Assembly: GCA_964615415.1 (NCBI GenBank)
Contig: CAZTNI010000001.1
Span: 112,746 to 176,745, forward strand
From: an uncultured Candidatus Saccharibacteria bacterium
GTDB taxonomy: Bacteria > Patescibacteriota > Minisyncoccia > Phycocordibacterales > SBAW01
Reading direction: 5' to 3'
DNA length: 64,000 bases
Shown: piece by piece, positions 35,265 to 45,686 of the stretch
Layout: each line of letters opens with the position of its first letter
Numbering within the stretch: position 1 is the stretch's first letter
The notes under the pieces: generated by a model
The model's input: only the letters and a program-made list of their open reading frames with translations
Told to the model about the DNA's origin: nothing
Database searches by the model: none
Translations under genes and position numbers: made by a program

Positions 35265-36647
35265 GTGCGGTACACCAAGGGCGCTGTGAGACCCTGGTCA
35301 CTCAAGACTTTTTATATTCGTGCAGCCATACTACTCGCTTTTTTGAGTGTATTTCTTTTCCGGTTACACGCGACCTTGGAGGCAGAACAAGTACAGGAAC
35401 TAACGCAATTTGCTGGTGAAACAGTGCAAGTTGCGGGGGTGGTTACGGAGGAGCCTGAACGCCGAGAAACATCCTTGCATGTATATCTTGCGGCGAGGGA
35501 AGTGGGTGGCGAGTCTCAAACAGGTAAGGCGCTCGTCGTCCTTCCACGCGATACGAGCGTTTCATATGGAGATAGTGTGGTCGTGCGTGGAAAGATTTCT
35601 TTGCCGGAAAATTTTGAAACGAGTACAGGTCGCGAATTCGATTATAAAAATTATTTGCGTGTGCGCGGAGTGTCTGTGTTGATGCGATATGCAGACGTTG
35701 TTGCGATAGAAGAAGGAGGGTGGTCAGTTACAAAAAGTTTATACGAACTGAAACATGCGTTTGAAACATCGATCGAACGGGTGTTTATCGAGCCGCATGC
35801 ATCGCTCGTCGAAGGGATGCTGCTTGGTGCACGGCGTGGGATTCCCGATGATCTGACGCAAGCATTCGTGCTCGCCGGGCTCATCCATGTACTGGTACTC
35901 TCGGGCTACAACATTTCGATTGTTGCAGAAGCCATGCTGCGCGCGTTGTCATTTTTACCGCGGAAGTATGGGTTTGTGGTTGGAGGCGTCATGATGATTT
36001 TGTTTGCACTCATGACCGGCGCAGGTGCGGCAACGGTGCGCGCAACTATTATGGGACTGATCGCAATTCTTGCACGCTATCTTAACCGGCCCGCCGCCGC
36101 ACTTCGTGCGCTTGGTGTAGCTGCGGCGGCGATGGTGTTGTGGAACCCGCTTGCGCCTGTGTACGACATTTCTTTTATTTTGAGTGTGATTGCAACATTC
36201 GGGCTCATTACGCTATCGCCATGGGTCGAGAAAAAGTTACCGAAGTTTTTTGATCGGCTGCCGAATATAAAATCTATAGCAGCATCAACAATCGCAGTCC
36301 AGATTTTTATTCTGCCTGCACTTTTATATTTCACCGGGGTCCTCTCGTTCCTTTCGGTGTTTGCAAACATTCTCGCCCTGCCGGTTGTGCCACTTATTAT
36401 GTTGTTAGGATTTGTTGCAGGCTTACTTGGGTTGCTGCACCCACTTCTTGCGCTTTTGCCAGCGTTTGGAGCGCAGGTGTTGGTCGAGTGGATACTTGTA
36501 GTTACAACAACTACTGCAGCACTTCCGTTCTCTGCAACCACCGTCGCAGCATTTCCAGTTTGGATCGCAGTAGCGGCGTACATACCCCTAACTTGGTTTG
36601 CAATTACTGCATACCGACGAAACGCTCCTCAATCTTTTTCCAATTAA
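35265..36647 (+). CDS. comEC: ComEC/Rec2 competence protein, N-terminal DUF4131 plus integral-membrane competence domain (no lactamase domain)
   Basis: 460 aa, many TM helices, ComEC-like conserved membrane core. Confidence 0.7.
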   Translation: MRYTKGAVRPWSLKTFYIRAAILLAFLSVFLFRLHATLEAEQVQELTQFAGETVQVAGVVTEEPERRETSLHVYLAAREVGGESQTGKALVVLPRDTSVSYGDSVVVRGKISLPENFETSTGREFDYKNYLRVRGVSVLMRYADVVAIEEGGWSVTKSLYELKHAFETSIERVFIEPHASLVEGMLLGARRGIPDDLTQAFVLAGLIHVLVLSGYNISIVAEAMLRALSFLPRKYGFVVGGVMMILFALMTGAGAATVRATIMGLIAILARYLNRPAAALRALGVAAAAMVLWNPLAPVYDISFILSVIATFGLITLSPWVEKKLPKFFDRLPNIKSIAASTIAVQIFILPALLYFTGVLSFLSVFANILALPVVPLIMLLGFVAGLLGLLHPLLALLPAFGAQVLVEWILVVTTTTAALPFSATTVAAFPVWIAVAAYIPLTWFAITAYRRNAPQSFSN

Positions 36648-37194
36648 GATTTTTGAAAAACGCGTCAACGTATTTTGCTTTGCCTTGTGCACCGTAGTCT
36701 AGAAGGTATGCGTGTTCCCACACATCGAGCGCAACGACAATAGGGAGGGTGGCGAGGTGACCGTTGTGCTGTTCGCCAACAAAGCTCATATGGAACGCTT
36801 TATTTTCCGGATTGTAGTAGAGGTTAGACCAGCCCGGTCCGCGCATCATCGCTGTTTGGCGAAGGCGTGCGACTGCAGCATCGGGACTGCCCCAATGTTT
36901 TGTAATAGCTTGTGCAAGTGCAGAGTTTTGGTCGAGCGCTTGTGCGCCACCTTCAAACTGGGGGAAATAGAGCTCGTGTAACTTCATGCCGTCGAACTCA
37001 AACGAGTGACGACGACGCAGTTCGCCAATAGCGAGCGCATTTTTCTCCGGGTCTGCGAGTAAACTTTCTATAGCAGCGCTAATAGTATTGAAATTTTTGA
37101 CGTACCCTGCGTATAGACCAAGGTGCTCCTCAACCGATTTCTCTGAAATGCCTTCAAGGGCAGGGATGCTAAATTTTTTCTCTTCGTAGTGCAT
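36604..37194 (-). CDS. sodA: Fe/Mn superoxide dismutase
   Basis: DVWEHAY signature and conserved His/Asp metal ligands. Confidence 0.9.
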   Translation of the reverse strand: MHYEEKKFSIPALEGISEKSVEEHLGLYAGYVKNFNTISAAIESLLADPEKNALAIGELRRRHSFEFDGMKLHELYFPQFEGGAQALDQNSALAQAITKHWGSPDAAVARLRQTAMMRGPGWSNLYYNPENKAFHMSFVGEQHNGHLATLPIVVALDVWEHAYLLDYGAQGKAKYVDAFFKNLNWKKIEERFVGMQ

Positions 37195-37211
37195 AAGATT
37201 ATTATATACCT

Positions 37212-37589
37212 TTGCTTATTTCCGCTCGAATAGTTCACCTTGTCAAAGAAGACACTTGTGGCATAATTAATGCAGATGCAACCTGGGCCTGGAGGTTCCC
37301 AATGGTAGATGCAAGTAATGTGGTGTTATTTCCGACACCTGCGCGCAAGTTGCGCAAATCCCGCCAAGATATGCTGCATAAGCTTGGAAGGGAAGCAATG
37401 CTGGGTCTAGAGAGGGTGGTTCGACAAACTATCCCAGAGACATACGACGCTTTGTCCCGAGATGAGCAAGTGCTGTTGGTGGCGACTTACGCGACACAGC
37501 TGCTGCGAGACACGGCGGACAGGTTGGAAACCAAAGTCATACTCCCGCGTTTGGAAGCGGAAAAGGAACGTCTTGAACAAGTGGTGTAG
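37212..37589 (+). CDS. Hypothetical protein
   Basis: 125-aa ORF with no recognisable motifs. Confidence 0.3.
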   Translation: MLISARIVHLVKEDTCGIINADATWAWRFPMVDASNVVLFPTPARKLRKSRQDMLHKLGREAMLGLERVVRQTIPETYDALSRDEQVLLVATYATQLLRDTADRLETKVILPRLEAEKERLEQVV

Positions 37590-37660
37590 TGAGAATAAAG
37601 GGCGGACAACTGAAACAGTGTCCGCCCTTTTGCTTTTCTCTGTAGTTCTACTAGTCTTAC

Positions 37661-38536
37661 GTGTGTATGCAAAACTTGTGGCGCTATCGATCGTACGTGG
37701 TTGTGGGCGCTCTGGCGTTTGTGGTTGGAGTCATTTGGTGGGCGGCATATACAGAAGCGCAGCCGGGCAAGCTTACGGTGGCGGTCTTAGATGTCGGACA
37801 AGGCGACTCAATATATATTGAGTCGCCCACGGGCACAGAGCTTATTATCGACGGCGGGCCCGATAGTTCCATTTTGCGCGACTTGCCGAAAGTTATGAAT
37901 CCATTCGATAAAACCATTGACGCGCTTATCGAAACGCATCCGGACGCAGACCATATTGGTGGGTTTGTCGACGTGCTGCGTCGCTACAATGTTGGTGCAT
38001 TTATCGAGCCAGGTATTCCGAAAAATACTGCGACTGCGCAAACATTACTCGAAGAGGTGGGTGAAGAGCGGGCGACGCATGTTATTGCGCGGCGTGGCAT
38101 GTACATGGAGCTTGGTGGGGGAGCAGAGCTTCATATTTTATTTCCAGACTTCGATGTGTCGACACTTTCAGAAAGCAAATCGAACGAAGGGGGGATTGTT
38201 GCACGGCTTGTATATGGAGATACTTCAATGCTTTTTATGGCAGACGTTTCAAAAAAGGTTGAAGAGCGACTGATTGTGTTGGAGGGAGAAAAACTACAAA
38301 GTGATATTTTAAAAGTGGGGCACCATGGTTCAAAAAACTCTACGAGCGAAGAATTTCTAAAAACAGTGCTTCCTGCAGCGGCACTTATTTCCGTGGGAGA
38401 GAAAAATCGCTACGGCCACCCAACTGAAGAAGTGCTTACGGAGCTTTCTCTTCAAAATATAAAAACCCTTCGTACCGACGAAGAGGGGACAATCATCTTT
38501 GAATCAGACGGAAAAGAGTTTGTGCAGAAGCGTTAG
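37661..38536 (+). CDS. ComEC-type metallo-beta-lactamase-fold protein (separate C-terminal ComEC domain)
   Basis: N-terminal TM helix, VLDVGQGDS, HPDADHIGG, GHHGS motifs of the ComEC lactamase_B domain. Confidence 0.7.
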   Translation: MCMQNLWRYRSYVVVGALAFVVGVIWWAAYTEAQPGKLTVAVLDVGQGDSIYIESPTGTELIIDGGPDSSILRDLPKVMNPFDKTIDALIETHPDADHIGGFVDVLRRYNVGAFIEPGIPKNTATAQTLLEEVGEERATHVIARRGMYMELGGGAELHILFPDFDVSTLSESKSNEGGIVARLVYGDTSMLFMADVSKKVEERLIVLEGEKLQSDILKVGHHGSKNSTSEEFLKTVLPAAALISVGEKNRYGHPTEEVLTELSLQNIKTLRTDEEGTIIFESDGKEFVQKR

Positions 38537-38538
38537 GT

Positions 38539-39009
38539 TTGATATCTTCTGTGTTGGTAGTTTCTCAATGTAAGGAGGAAGACGTGTCCAATCGTGCTGA
38601 CTCACTCACTGGAGCGCTTGTGATAGTGCTGCTGTCGTTCCTGTTTGGATATCCAGTGCTCGTGTATCTATCTCCAATTACGGGAGAGTGGTTTGCGAGC
38701 CTTCTGCTTGTCCATGTGGGTACGTTGGTGGGAGTGTGCGTCGCCTATGCGGTTGCAAAAACTGCCAAAGCTGCACTCCGATTCTTTTTGTTCAGACCCG
38801 GCATCTTGCCGATAGTCTATGCCTTTTTTCTTACCAATGTCGCGACTGTCCAAGCATATTTGGAAGAGGCAGGAATGCTAAGAGAGACTGCAGGTATTCC
38901 GTATCTCCTCATCTCTGTCGCGTTTGTGCTTGGCTGGTACGGTCTGGTGCGAAAGAACTTCGGCCTCCTTTCGGACTGGGTGCTTCGCAAGAAGGTGCCG
39001 CAGCTCTAA
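38539..39009 (+). CDS. Hypothetical membrane protein
   Basis: 156 aa, four hydrophobic helices. Confidence 0.4.
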   Translation: MISSVLVVSQCKEEDVSNRADSLTGALVIVLLSFLFGYPVLVYLSPITGEWFASLLLVHVGTLVGVCVAYAVAKTAKAALRFFLFRPGILPIVYAFFLTNVATVQAYLEEAGMLRETAGIPYLLISVAFVLGWYGLVRKNFGLLSDWVLRKKVPQL

Positions 39010-39012
39010 ACT

Positions 39013-39052
39013 AAAAACCGCCTCGGGGTAACCGAGGCGGTTTTCTTTTTCT
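39013..39052. terminator. Bidirectional intrinsic terminator
   Basis: aaaaaccgcctcggggtaaccgaggcggttttcttttt between convergent genes. Confidence 0.65.
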
Positions 39053-39054
39053 GG

Positions 39055-39297
39055 TTAGATGAGACCGGCTTCCTTAAGAGTTTTGTAGGCACCGTTCTTG
39101 GCGATAGTGCGGAGGCCTTGGGTAGAGACGTTAATCGTAACGGTACGATTAAGTTCCGGCACAAAAATGCGCTTCTTTTGAATATTCGGCTGCTTGCGGA
39201 CAGCACCCGTCGGGTTGAACTTCGTTGCGCGGACACGGTTAGAGTAGCCGCCTGCAACCTTTGAACCCTTGCCAGTTATTGCACAAATTTTTGCCAT
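39055..39297 (-). CDS. rpmB: 50S ribosomal protein L28
   Basis: MAKICAITGK... conserved L28 sequence. Confidence 0.9.
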   Translation of the reverse strand: MAKICAITGKGSKVAGGYSNRVRATKFNPTGAVRKQPNIQKKRIFVPELNRTVTINVSTQGLRTIAKNGAYKTLKEAGLI

Positions 39298-39336
39298 ATT
39301 TTTTAAGCTCCGTTATGGTATCATGACTTCATAAAT

Positions 39337-39972
39337 ATGCAAATAGACCTTATTTTCGGCCTCGCAGTTCTTGCCTTTTCGGCCATTTTACACGAAGTTG
39401 CGCACGGCTATATGGCCAACTACCTGGGCGACCCGACTGCGCGCCTTATGGGCCGTCTTACCCTAAATCCTGTTAAGCATATCGACCCGATCGGTTCGAT
39501 TTTGCTCCCGGGTATCCTTATTTTGACTCACGCACCGCTCTTTATTGGCTATGCAAAGCCGGTCCCATACAACCCGTACAACCTGCGGGGCAAGTATGGC
39601 GAGACGCTCGTTGCTGCTGCGGGCCCTGCAACTAACGTGTTAATTGCGGTTATTTTTGGCCTCCTGATGCGCTTTGGGGGAGTATCTATGACGCAGTCGA
39701 TGCTCGAGGCATTTGCAGTTATTGTGTTTATCAATATTTTGCTTGCGCTATTTAACCTTATTCCGGTGCCGCCACTTGATGGTTCAAAGGTACTATCGGG
39801 CATTTTGCCACGAGGACTCGCACGGGGGTACGACGTCTTTCGTATTAACTTCGAGCGCCTCGGCATTCTCTCGGGCACCCTGCTGCTCCTTATTTTGCTC
39901 TATATATTCTCGCCCGTATTCTTTGGTTTTATCTCTACTGTCTTCAATCTTTTGACGGGGTACACGCTCTAG
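39337..39972 (+). CDS. Site-2 protease family (peptidase M50) membrane metalloprotease
   Basis: HEVAH zinc-binding motif in a TM helix and an LDG motif later. Confidence 0.7.
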   Translation: MQIDLIFGLAVLAFSAILHEVAHGYMANYLGDPTARLMGRLTLNPVKHIDPIGSILLPGILILTHAPLFIGYAKPVPYNPYNLRGKYGETLVAAAGPATNVLIAVIFGLLMRFGGVSMTQSMLEAFAVIVFINILLALFNLIPVPPLDGSKVLSGILPRGLARGYDVFRINFERLGILSGTLLLLILLYIFSPVFFGFISTVFNLLTGYTL

Positions 39973-40036
39973 GTTGCGATAAATATAAGCCTATAGTATA
40001 TTGTCCTCAACGCGCAGGGCGCGTTTTTCATTACAG

Positions 40037-40444
40037 ATGGCACGTATTTCACAACTCGTCCGCAAGGGACGCAAAAAGCAAACCAGCAAATCTAAAGCGC
40101 CGGCACTCCAGCGCGGCTTTAACGTGATCCAAAACCGCCCTATCTTCTACTCGTCACCATTTAAGCGTGGCGTATGCACCAAGGTAACGACTACCACTCC
40201 TCGTAAGCCTAACTCAGCTATCCGTAAGATCGCTCGCGTTCGCTTGACCAACGGTCAGGAAATTACTGCCTACATCCCAGGCGAGGGTCACAACCTCCAG
40301 GAGCACTCAGTGGTGCTTGTACGCGCAGGCCGCGTGAAGGACATTAACGTTCGCTACCAAGTGGTGCGCGGCAAGCTCGATGCTGCTCCGGTAGAGAAGC
40401 GTAACGTGTCTCGCTCACGCTACGGTGTGAAGGGTAAGAAATAA
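40037..40444 (+). CDS. rpsL: 30S ribosomal protein S12
   Basis: Conserved S12 (PNSAIRK...). Internal ATG at 40037 used. Confidence 0.95.
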   Translation: MARISQLVRKGRKKQTSKSKAPALQRGFNVIQNRPIFYSSPFKRGVCTKVTTTTPRKPNSAIRKIARVRLTNGQEITAYIPGEGHNLQEHSVVLVRAGRVKDINVRYQVVRGKLDAAPVEKRNVSRSRYGVKGKK

Positions 40445-40449
40445 TTTAT

Positions 40450-40920
40450 ATGCGTCGACCAGTAAAGAATCGTAACCAAGTTACTCCAGATCTGAAGTTC
40501 AACTCACTCCGCGTTGAGAAGTTTATTAACTCTGTAATGTGGGATGGAAAGAAGTCTACTGCTCGCAAGGTGGTATACGATGCTTTCGACATTATTAAAG
40601 AGAAGACAAAGACCGACGCTCCACTTGAAGTCTTTGAGACAGCACTCCGCAACGTTGGTCCTGCAATGGAAATTCGCTCACGTCGCGTTGGTGGTGCTAA
40701 CTACCAGGTGCCGCGCGAGGTTCGTCCAGAGCGCAAACAGGCACTCGCATTCCGCTGGATCCTTCTTGCAGCTCGCGGTGGTAAGGGTAAGCCTATGGCA
40801 GAGAAGCTCGCTACTGAAATTATTGCAGCAGCAAACAACGAAGGTTCTGCAGTGAAGAAGCGCGAAGACACCCACAAGATGGCAGAAGCAAACAAGGCAT
40901 TCGCACACTTCGCTTGGTAA
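40450..40920 (+). CDS. rpsG: 30S ribosomal protein S7
   Basis: Conserved S7 sequence. 156 aa. Confidence 0.95.
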   Translation: MRRPVKNRNQVTPDLKFNSLRVEKFINSVMWDGKKSTARKVVYDAFDIIKEKTKTDAPLEVFETALRNVGPAMEIRSRRVGGANYQVPREVRPERKQALAFRWILLAARGGKGKPMAEKLATEIIAAANNEGSAVKKREDTHKMAEANKAFAHFAW

Positions 40921-40939
40921 TTCAAAAAACTCCAAAGAA

Positions 40940-40968
40940 AAAGGCCCGCGTAATCGCGGGCCTTTTGT
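40940..40968 (+). terminator. Intrinsic terminator after rpsG
   Basis: aaggcccgcg-taat-cgcgggcc-ttttg. Confidence 0.55.
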
Positions 40969-40976
40969 AATCTGCG

Positions 40977-41396
40977 CTAGCCGGTGATTGTTATGGTGCT
41001 GTTGGGTCCCCAATCGTATTCAATCACTCGGCACTCTTCATCCACCAACACAGGCTCTCTTCCTTCAAGAAATAGGTATCGGCCACCTGCGCCCTGCTGC
41101 CACCCACCTTCCACTAAGTAGGGGATAGGTGCGCACCCAGGGGTGTAGAAGTACGCCGCTCCGGTCACAGTCTCGCCGGAGATGGTGCCGGTAAACATGA
41201 TGGACGCGGGTTGTACTCCCGCTGCAGCCAAGTCTGCTCGGGGTGTGCGGTAGATGATGTACATCCGCATCTGCCCGTCGTATTCTTCCTCGAAAATTTC
41301 CATACGGGAGCCGTTGTAGTTCATAAAGAACGACTGGGCTGCTCCAGGACTAACAAGGAAGGCAAGTGCACATATGCAAAGAACAAGGCGTCTCAT
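40977..41396 (-). CDS. Hypothetical secreted protein
   Basis: Signal peptide MRRLVLCICALAFLVSPGAAQ. 139 aa. Confidence 0.45.
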   Translation of the reverse strand: MRRLVLCICALAFLVSPGAAQSFFMNYNGSRMEIFEEEYDGQMRMYIIYRTPRADLAAAGVQPASIMFTGTISGETVTGAAYFYTPGCAPIPYLVEGGWQQGAGGRYLFLEGREPVLVDEECRVIEYDWGPNSTITITG

Positions 41397-41548
41397 CTTT
41401 TCTCTCCGTTGTGAGGCAAAGCGCCGCTGCTACGGTATCGCGACTGTAAAATAGTTGTCAAACGACCGTCTTCATTGACAGGATTACTCAGGGCACATAC
41501 GCTCTTCGGTAGTCGTACGTTCTTCATACATGAAAGGATGCAAAGTAG

Positions 41549-42679
41549 ATGGACCACGCACTTAAACGTGTCGGTCCGCTTGGGGCCGATCCTATTATGC
41601 AGCGCATCCAAGCGTTGCATGATGCACAGCTTCCGCTGACTCCCGAAGCGCCAAAGGATCTACAGAAAATCGTCTGTGTGGGCGGTGGTACAGGGTCGCC
41701 CATGGTGGTCGAGGGGTTGCTACACTTTCCGGTGTATCCGATCTCTATAACCACCATGTTCGACAGTGGGGGAAACAGTGGTGAGTTGCGCGACGTGCAC
41801 GGCATTCTCCCTCCGGGAGACTTCCGTCGCGCGGTGCTTGCACATAGTGGCGACGACGAGTCGTCGCTCGAGCTGCGTAAACTCTTCAGGTACCGTTATT
41901 CAAAAGACGAAGCATCGCCACTCTCGGGACACGTGGGGGGTAACCTCATATTCCTTATGTGTGAGATCGCTTTTGGTCGCGAAGAAGCGGTGCGTATTTT
42001 CCCGAAGCTTTTCAAAATTCGCGGGGAAGTGCTACCGGTTTCTCTTACTGATGCAACGCTGTGTCTGCAGTACTCTGATGGCACAGTGGTGCGAGGAGAA
42101 GGAAACATTGCCCACCAGAAGCTCGGAAGGAATGTGTATGTGGTTAAGGCTTGGCTAGAACCAAGACTTCCAACCGCTACCGTTGTTCCGTACTCTCGTG
42201 CGCTGCAAAGTTTGGGGGAAGCGGGAGCGATCGTTCTTGGGCCGGGGAGCTTGTTCTCCTCTGTCATACCGAACATGATCGTTCCGAATTTCGTCGATGC
42301 TATCAATGTGGCAGAGCAAGCTAAGCTTGTGTTCGTTGTTAACTTGATGAACGAGCCTGCCGAGACGCGCGGCTATACGGTGGCAGATTTTGTCGATGTG
42401 TTGTATCGACATGGTTTGAAGCGACCCATCGACGCGTTGCTCGTGAACGAAGGCGGCATCTCTCCGCAGTTGGCGCGCAAGTATCAGCGTAAAGGGAGTG
42501 CAAAAGTCCGTCTCACGCTGTCTGCCGAGAAAAGACTCAAAGGACGGGTGAGAGACATAGTCTTGGAAGACTTGGTGAGCGAAGAAGGTTTTTCGGAAAA
42601 CCTCATTCGCCACGATCCTCTCAAGGTTGCCGCACAGATCGTCTCGCTGTTACCTCCCGAGGAGCGGATGCGTGCATAA
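41549..42679 (+). CDS. YvcK/CofD-like (UPF0052) family protein
   Basis: VCVGGGTGS P-loop-like motif and conserved fold signature of the gluconeogenesis-factor / LPPG:FO transferase family. Confidence 0.7.
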   Translation: MDHALKRVGPLGADPIMQRIQALHDAQLPLTPEAPKDLQKIVCVGGGTGSPMVVEGLLHFPVYPISITTMFDSGGNSGELRDVHGILPPGDFRRAVLAHSGDDESSLELRKLFRYRYSKDEASPLSGHVGGNLIFLMCEIAFGREEAVRIFPKLFKIRGEVLPVSLTDATLCLQYSDGTVVRGEGNIAHQKLGRNVYVVKAWLEPRLPTATVVPYSRALQSLGEAGAIVLGPGSLFSSVIPNMIVPNFVDAINVAEQAKLVFVVNLMNEPAETRGYTVADFVDVLYRHGLKRPIDALLVNEGGISPQLARKYQRKGSAKVRLTLSAEKRLKGRVRDIVLEDLVSEEGFSENLIRHDPLKVAAQIVSLLPPEERMRA

Positions 42680-42809
42680 TCCCGTCGCGTCCATGGACGC
42701 GACGGGATTCTTTTTATCAGGCTGATGTCTGACATCTTCATGTGCAATACAGAAAGGAAGGTATACAGTGGGAAAGGAAGTTCTGGCGGAAGAAACAGGG
42801 GATACATAG

Positions 42810-43307
42810 GTGGAGAAACAAGGAAATGTTCGATTCATAACCGATTGCGACGACACGCTGATTCAGACGTATGTGCCAAATCAGCCCCCGGTCCCTGGAG
42901 CTGAAGAATTTTTACGGCGATGGGGGCCAGAAACAGTGCTTCTTTCTGTGGGAGAGAAGGATACGCAGATCGAAAAGCTTACACGGGCGAACCTGACCCA
43001 CTTCCACACCTGGCTTATTGTGAGTTCTCCTAAGGATAAGGCGGACAGAATTCACGACGTGGCGCGTGTGTGGAGGAGGGAAGGGAACCCCGTTATCATG
43101 ATCGGCGATCGTCTGGACTACGACATTGCTCCGGCGAAAAAAGCTGGACTAGTCGCGGTTCGCATGCGGCACCCCTACGGAAAAGAAGAGTACCGCCTCC
43201 GAGAACCTCGTACAGAGAGGCCGGAGGAGTGGCCCGACCTAACGGTAACGAACTTTAACGAGTTCTTGGAAAAATTGCCCTTACTTATATACCCGTCGTC
43301 TCTCTAG
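42810..43307 (+). CDS. HAD-superfamily hydrolase
   Basis: Motif I DCDDT and motif IV GDRLDYD. Confidence 0.55.
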   Translation: MEKQGNVRFITDCDDTLIQTYVPNQPPVPGAEEFLRRWGPETVLLSVGEKDTQIEKLTRANLTHFHTWLIVSSPKDKADRIHDVARVWRREGNPVIMIGDRLDYDIAPAKKAGLVAVRMRHPYGKEEYRLREPRTERPEEWPDLTVTNFNEFLEKLPLLIYPSSL

Positions 43308-43400
43308 GCGCCGGGTATTTTTTTGTCTTGCCTTTTTGCAAATTTTCGTTATTCTTATGCGTAATGCCGCCATTGGCGGATTTTATTTTAAAAAACCCTT

Positions 43401-45551
43401 ATGTCTACTAGAGATTATCCACTCGAGCGAGTTCGTAACTTCGGTATCATCGCCCACATCGACGCAGGAAAAACAACTACGTCTGAACGCGTGCTCTACT
43501 ACACCGGTGCTCAGCACAAGATCGGCGAAGTGCATGATGGTGCGACCACGACCGACTGGATGGAGCAGGAGCGTGAGCGCGGCATCACTATTACTGCCGC
43601 TGCTATTACCTGTTTCTGGTCCCGCACAAGTGAGCCAGATAAAAAGGACGCATCTAAGAAATTCCGCTTCAATATTATCGACACTCCAGGCCACATCGAC
43701 TTTACCGTTGAAGTAAAGCGCTCACTCCGCGTGCTCGACGGTGCAGTGGTGGTGTTCGACGGTGTTGCTGGTGTAGAACCACAATCAGAAACGAACTGGC
43801 GTTACGCAGACGAGGCTATGGTGCCGCGCATCTGTTTCATCAACAAGCTCGATCGTACCGGCGCATCGTTTGAAAAGTCTTACCACTCTATTCTTGATCG
43901 TTTGAGCAAGAATGCAGTTCGTATGCAGCTTCCAATTGGATCAGAAGGCGACTTTGAAGGTGTTGTCGATCTTCTTGCTATGAAGAGCTACCGCCAAGAG
44001 GGCAACATGGGCGACATTGTTATCGAAGGCGAGATTCCTGAAAACATGGTTGCTGATGCAAAGAAGTACCGTGCAGAACTTGTTGAGAAAATTGTTGAGA
44101 CTGACGAGGCTTTGATGACTGCGTATCTCGATGGTAAAGAGCCTTCTCTTGAGGATCTTAAAATTGCACTTCGTAAGGCGGTTATTGCAAACAAGATTTT
44201 CCCTGTATATACCGGTTCTGCGTTGAAAAATAAGGGTGTACAGTTGGTGCTCGACGCCGTTGTTGACTACCTTCCGTCTCCACTCGACATGCCGGCTGTT
44301 AAGGGTATTGATCCTAAGACAGGCGAGACTATTGAACGTCACGCTTCTGACAGTGAGCCATTCTGTGCGCTTGCATTCAAACTCCAGGCAGACCCATTCG
44401 TTGGTCAGCTTACCTTCTTCCGTGTGTACTCAGGTACTATCGAGGCAGGTTCATATATCTACAACTCGACCACTGGTACAAAGGAGCGCTTGGGTCGCAT
44501 TGTGCGTCTTCAGGCAAATGAACGGGAAGAAGTGAAGAAGGTGTATGCAGGAGAAATTGCTGCAGCCGTAGGTTTGAAAGACACCAAGACCTCTCATACG
44601 CTCTGCGACGACACAAATCCAATTATTCTCGAGCAGATCAAATTCCCAGAGCCAGTTATTTCTCTCCGTATTGAGCCGAAGACAAAGGCCGACCAAGAGA
44701 AAATGGGTATGGCAATGAAGAAACTTGCCGACGAAGACCCAACCTTCAAGGTTACGACCGACACGGAGACCATGGAGACCCTTATCTCGGGCATGGGTGA
44801 ACTCCACCTCGAAATTATCGTTGACCGTATGAAGCGCGAGTTCGGCGTTGAAGCAAACGTTGGTAAGCCACAAGTTGCATATCGCGAGACTATTCAGAAA
44901 GAAGCAGAAGCGGAAGGTAAGTACATCAAGCAAACCGGAGGTAAAGGTCAGTACGGTCACGTGCGCCTTCGCCTGAAGCCACTTGAGAAGCTTGAAGAGG
45001 GTGCAAAAATTTCTAAGAACACCACTCGTGAGGATCACTTCGAGTTCATTAACAGTATTAAGGGAGGCGTTGTGCCGATTGAATTCATCCCGCCAGTTGA
45101 AAAAGGTGTTCGCGAAGCTATGGAGCGCGGTATTGTTGCTGGCTTCAAGATGGTAGATATCTCTGCCGAGCTTTACGACGGTTCCTACCACGACGTGGAC
45201 TCATCAGAAATCGCCTTTAAAATCGCGGCTTCTATGGCCTTCCAGGATGCCGCTAAGGCTGCTAAGCCAGTGCTCCTTGAGCCTATTATGAAAGTTGAGG
45301 TAGTGGTGCCAGAGAAGTTCATGGGTGACATCACCGGTTCTCTTAACTCAAAGCGCGGCCAGATTGAAGGCATGGAGGAGCGCGGTATGGCACGTGCAAT
45401 TAAGGCTAAGGTGCCGCTTTCCGAGATGTTCGGCTACACCACAGCGCTTCGTTCTATGACGGAAGGCCGTGCAAGCTTCACCATGGAATTCGACCATTAC
45501 GAAGTTGTGCCGCCAAACGTAGCAGCAACTATCGTCGCCGCTCGTAAATAG
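43401..45551 (+). CDS. fusA: Elongation factor G
   Basis: [10 protein letters not shown]-domain and full five-domain length (716 aa). Confidence 0.95.
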   Translation: MSTRDYPLERVRNFGIIAHIDAGKTTTSERVLYYTGAQHKIGEVHDGATTTDWMEQERERGITITAAAITCFWSRTSEPDKKDASKKFRFNIIDTPGHIDFTVEVKRSLRVLDGAVVVFDGVAGVEPQSETNWRYADEAMVPRICFINKLDRTGASFEKSYHSILDRLSKNAVRMQLPIGSEGDFEGVVDLLAMKSYRQEGNMGDIVIEGEIPENMVADAKKYRAELVEKIVETDEALMTAYLDGKEPSLEDLKIALRKAVIANKIFPVYTGSALKNKGVQLVLDAVVDYLPSPLDMPAVKGIDPKTGETIERHASDSEPFCALAFKLQADPFVGQLTFFRVYSGTIEAGSYIYNSTTGTKERLGRIVRLQANEREEVKKVYAGEIAAAVGLKDTKTSHTLCDDTNPIILEQIKFPEPVISLRIEPKTKADQEKMGMAMKKLADEDPTFKVTTDTETMETLISGMGELHLEIIVDRMKREFGVEANVGKPQVAYRETIQKEAEAEGKYIKQTGGKGQYGHVRLRLKPLEKLEEGAKISKNTTREDHFEFINSIKGGVVPIEFIPPVEKGVREAMERGIVAGFKMVDISAELYDGSYHDVDSSEIAFKIAASMAFQDAAKAAKPVLLEPIMKVEVVVPEKFMGDITGSLNSKRGQIEGMEERGMARAIKAKVPLSEMFGYTTALRSMTEGRASFTMEFDHYEVVPPNVAATIVAARK

Positions 45552-45686
45552 TTATCCCCACATATCCCCACAACCTACTTGCGGGGAATCGAAAAAGAGA
45601 GAGAATGATGACTACAGGGTATCCAGCGAAAGCTGGGTGCCCCTTTTTCGTTTTACATTATTTATTTTTAGTTTCTCTTTATCACC

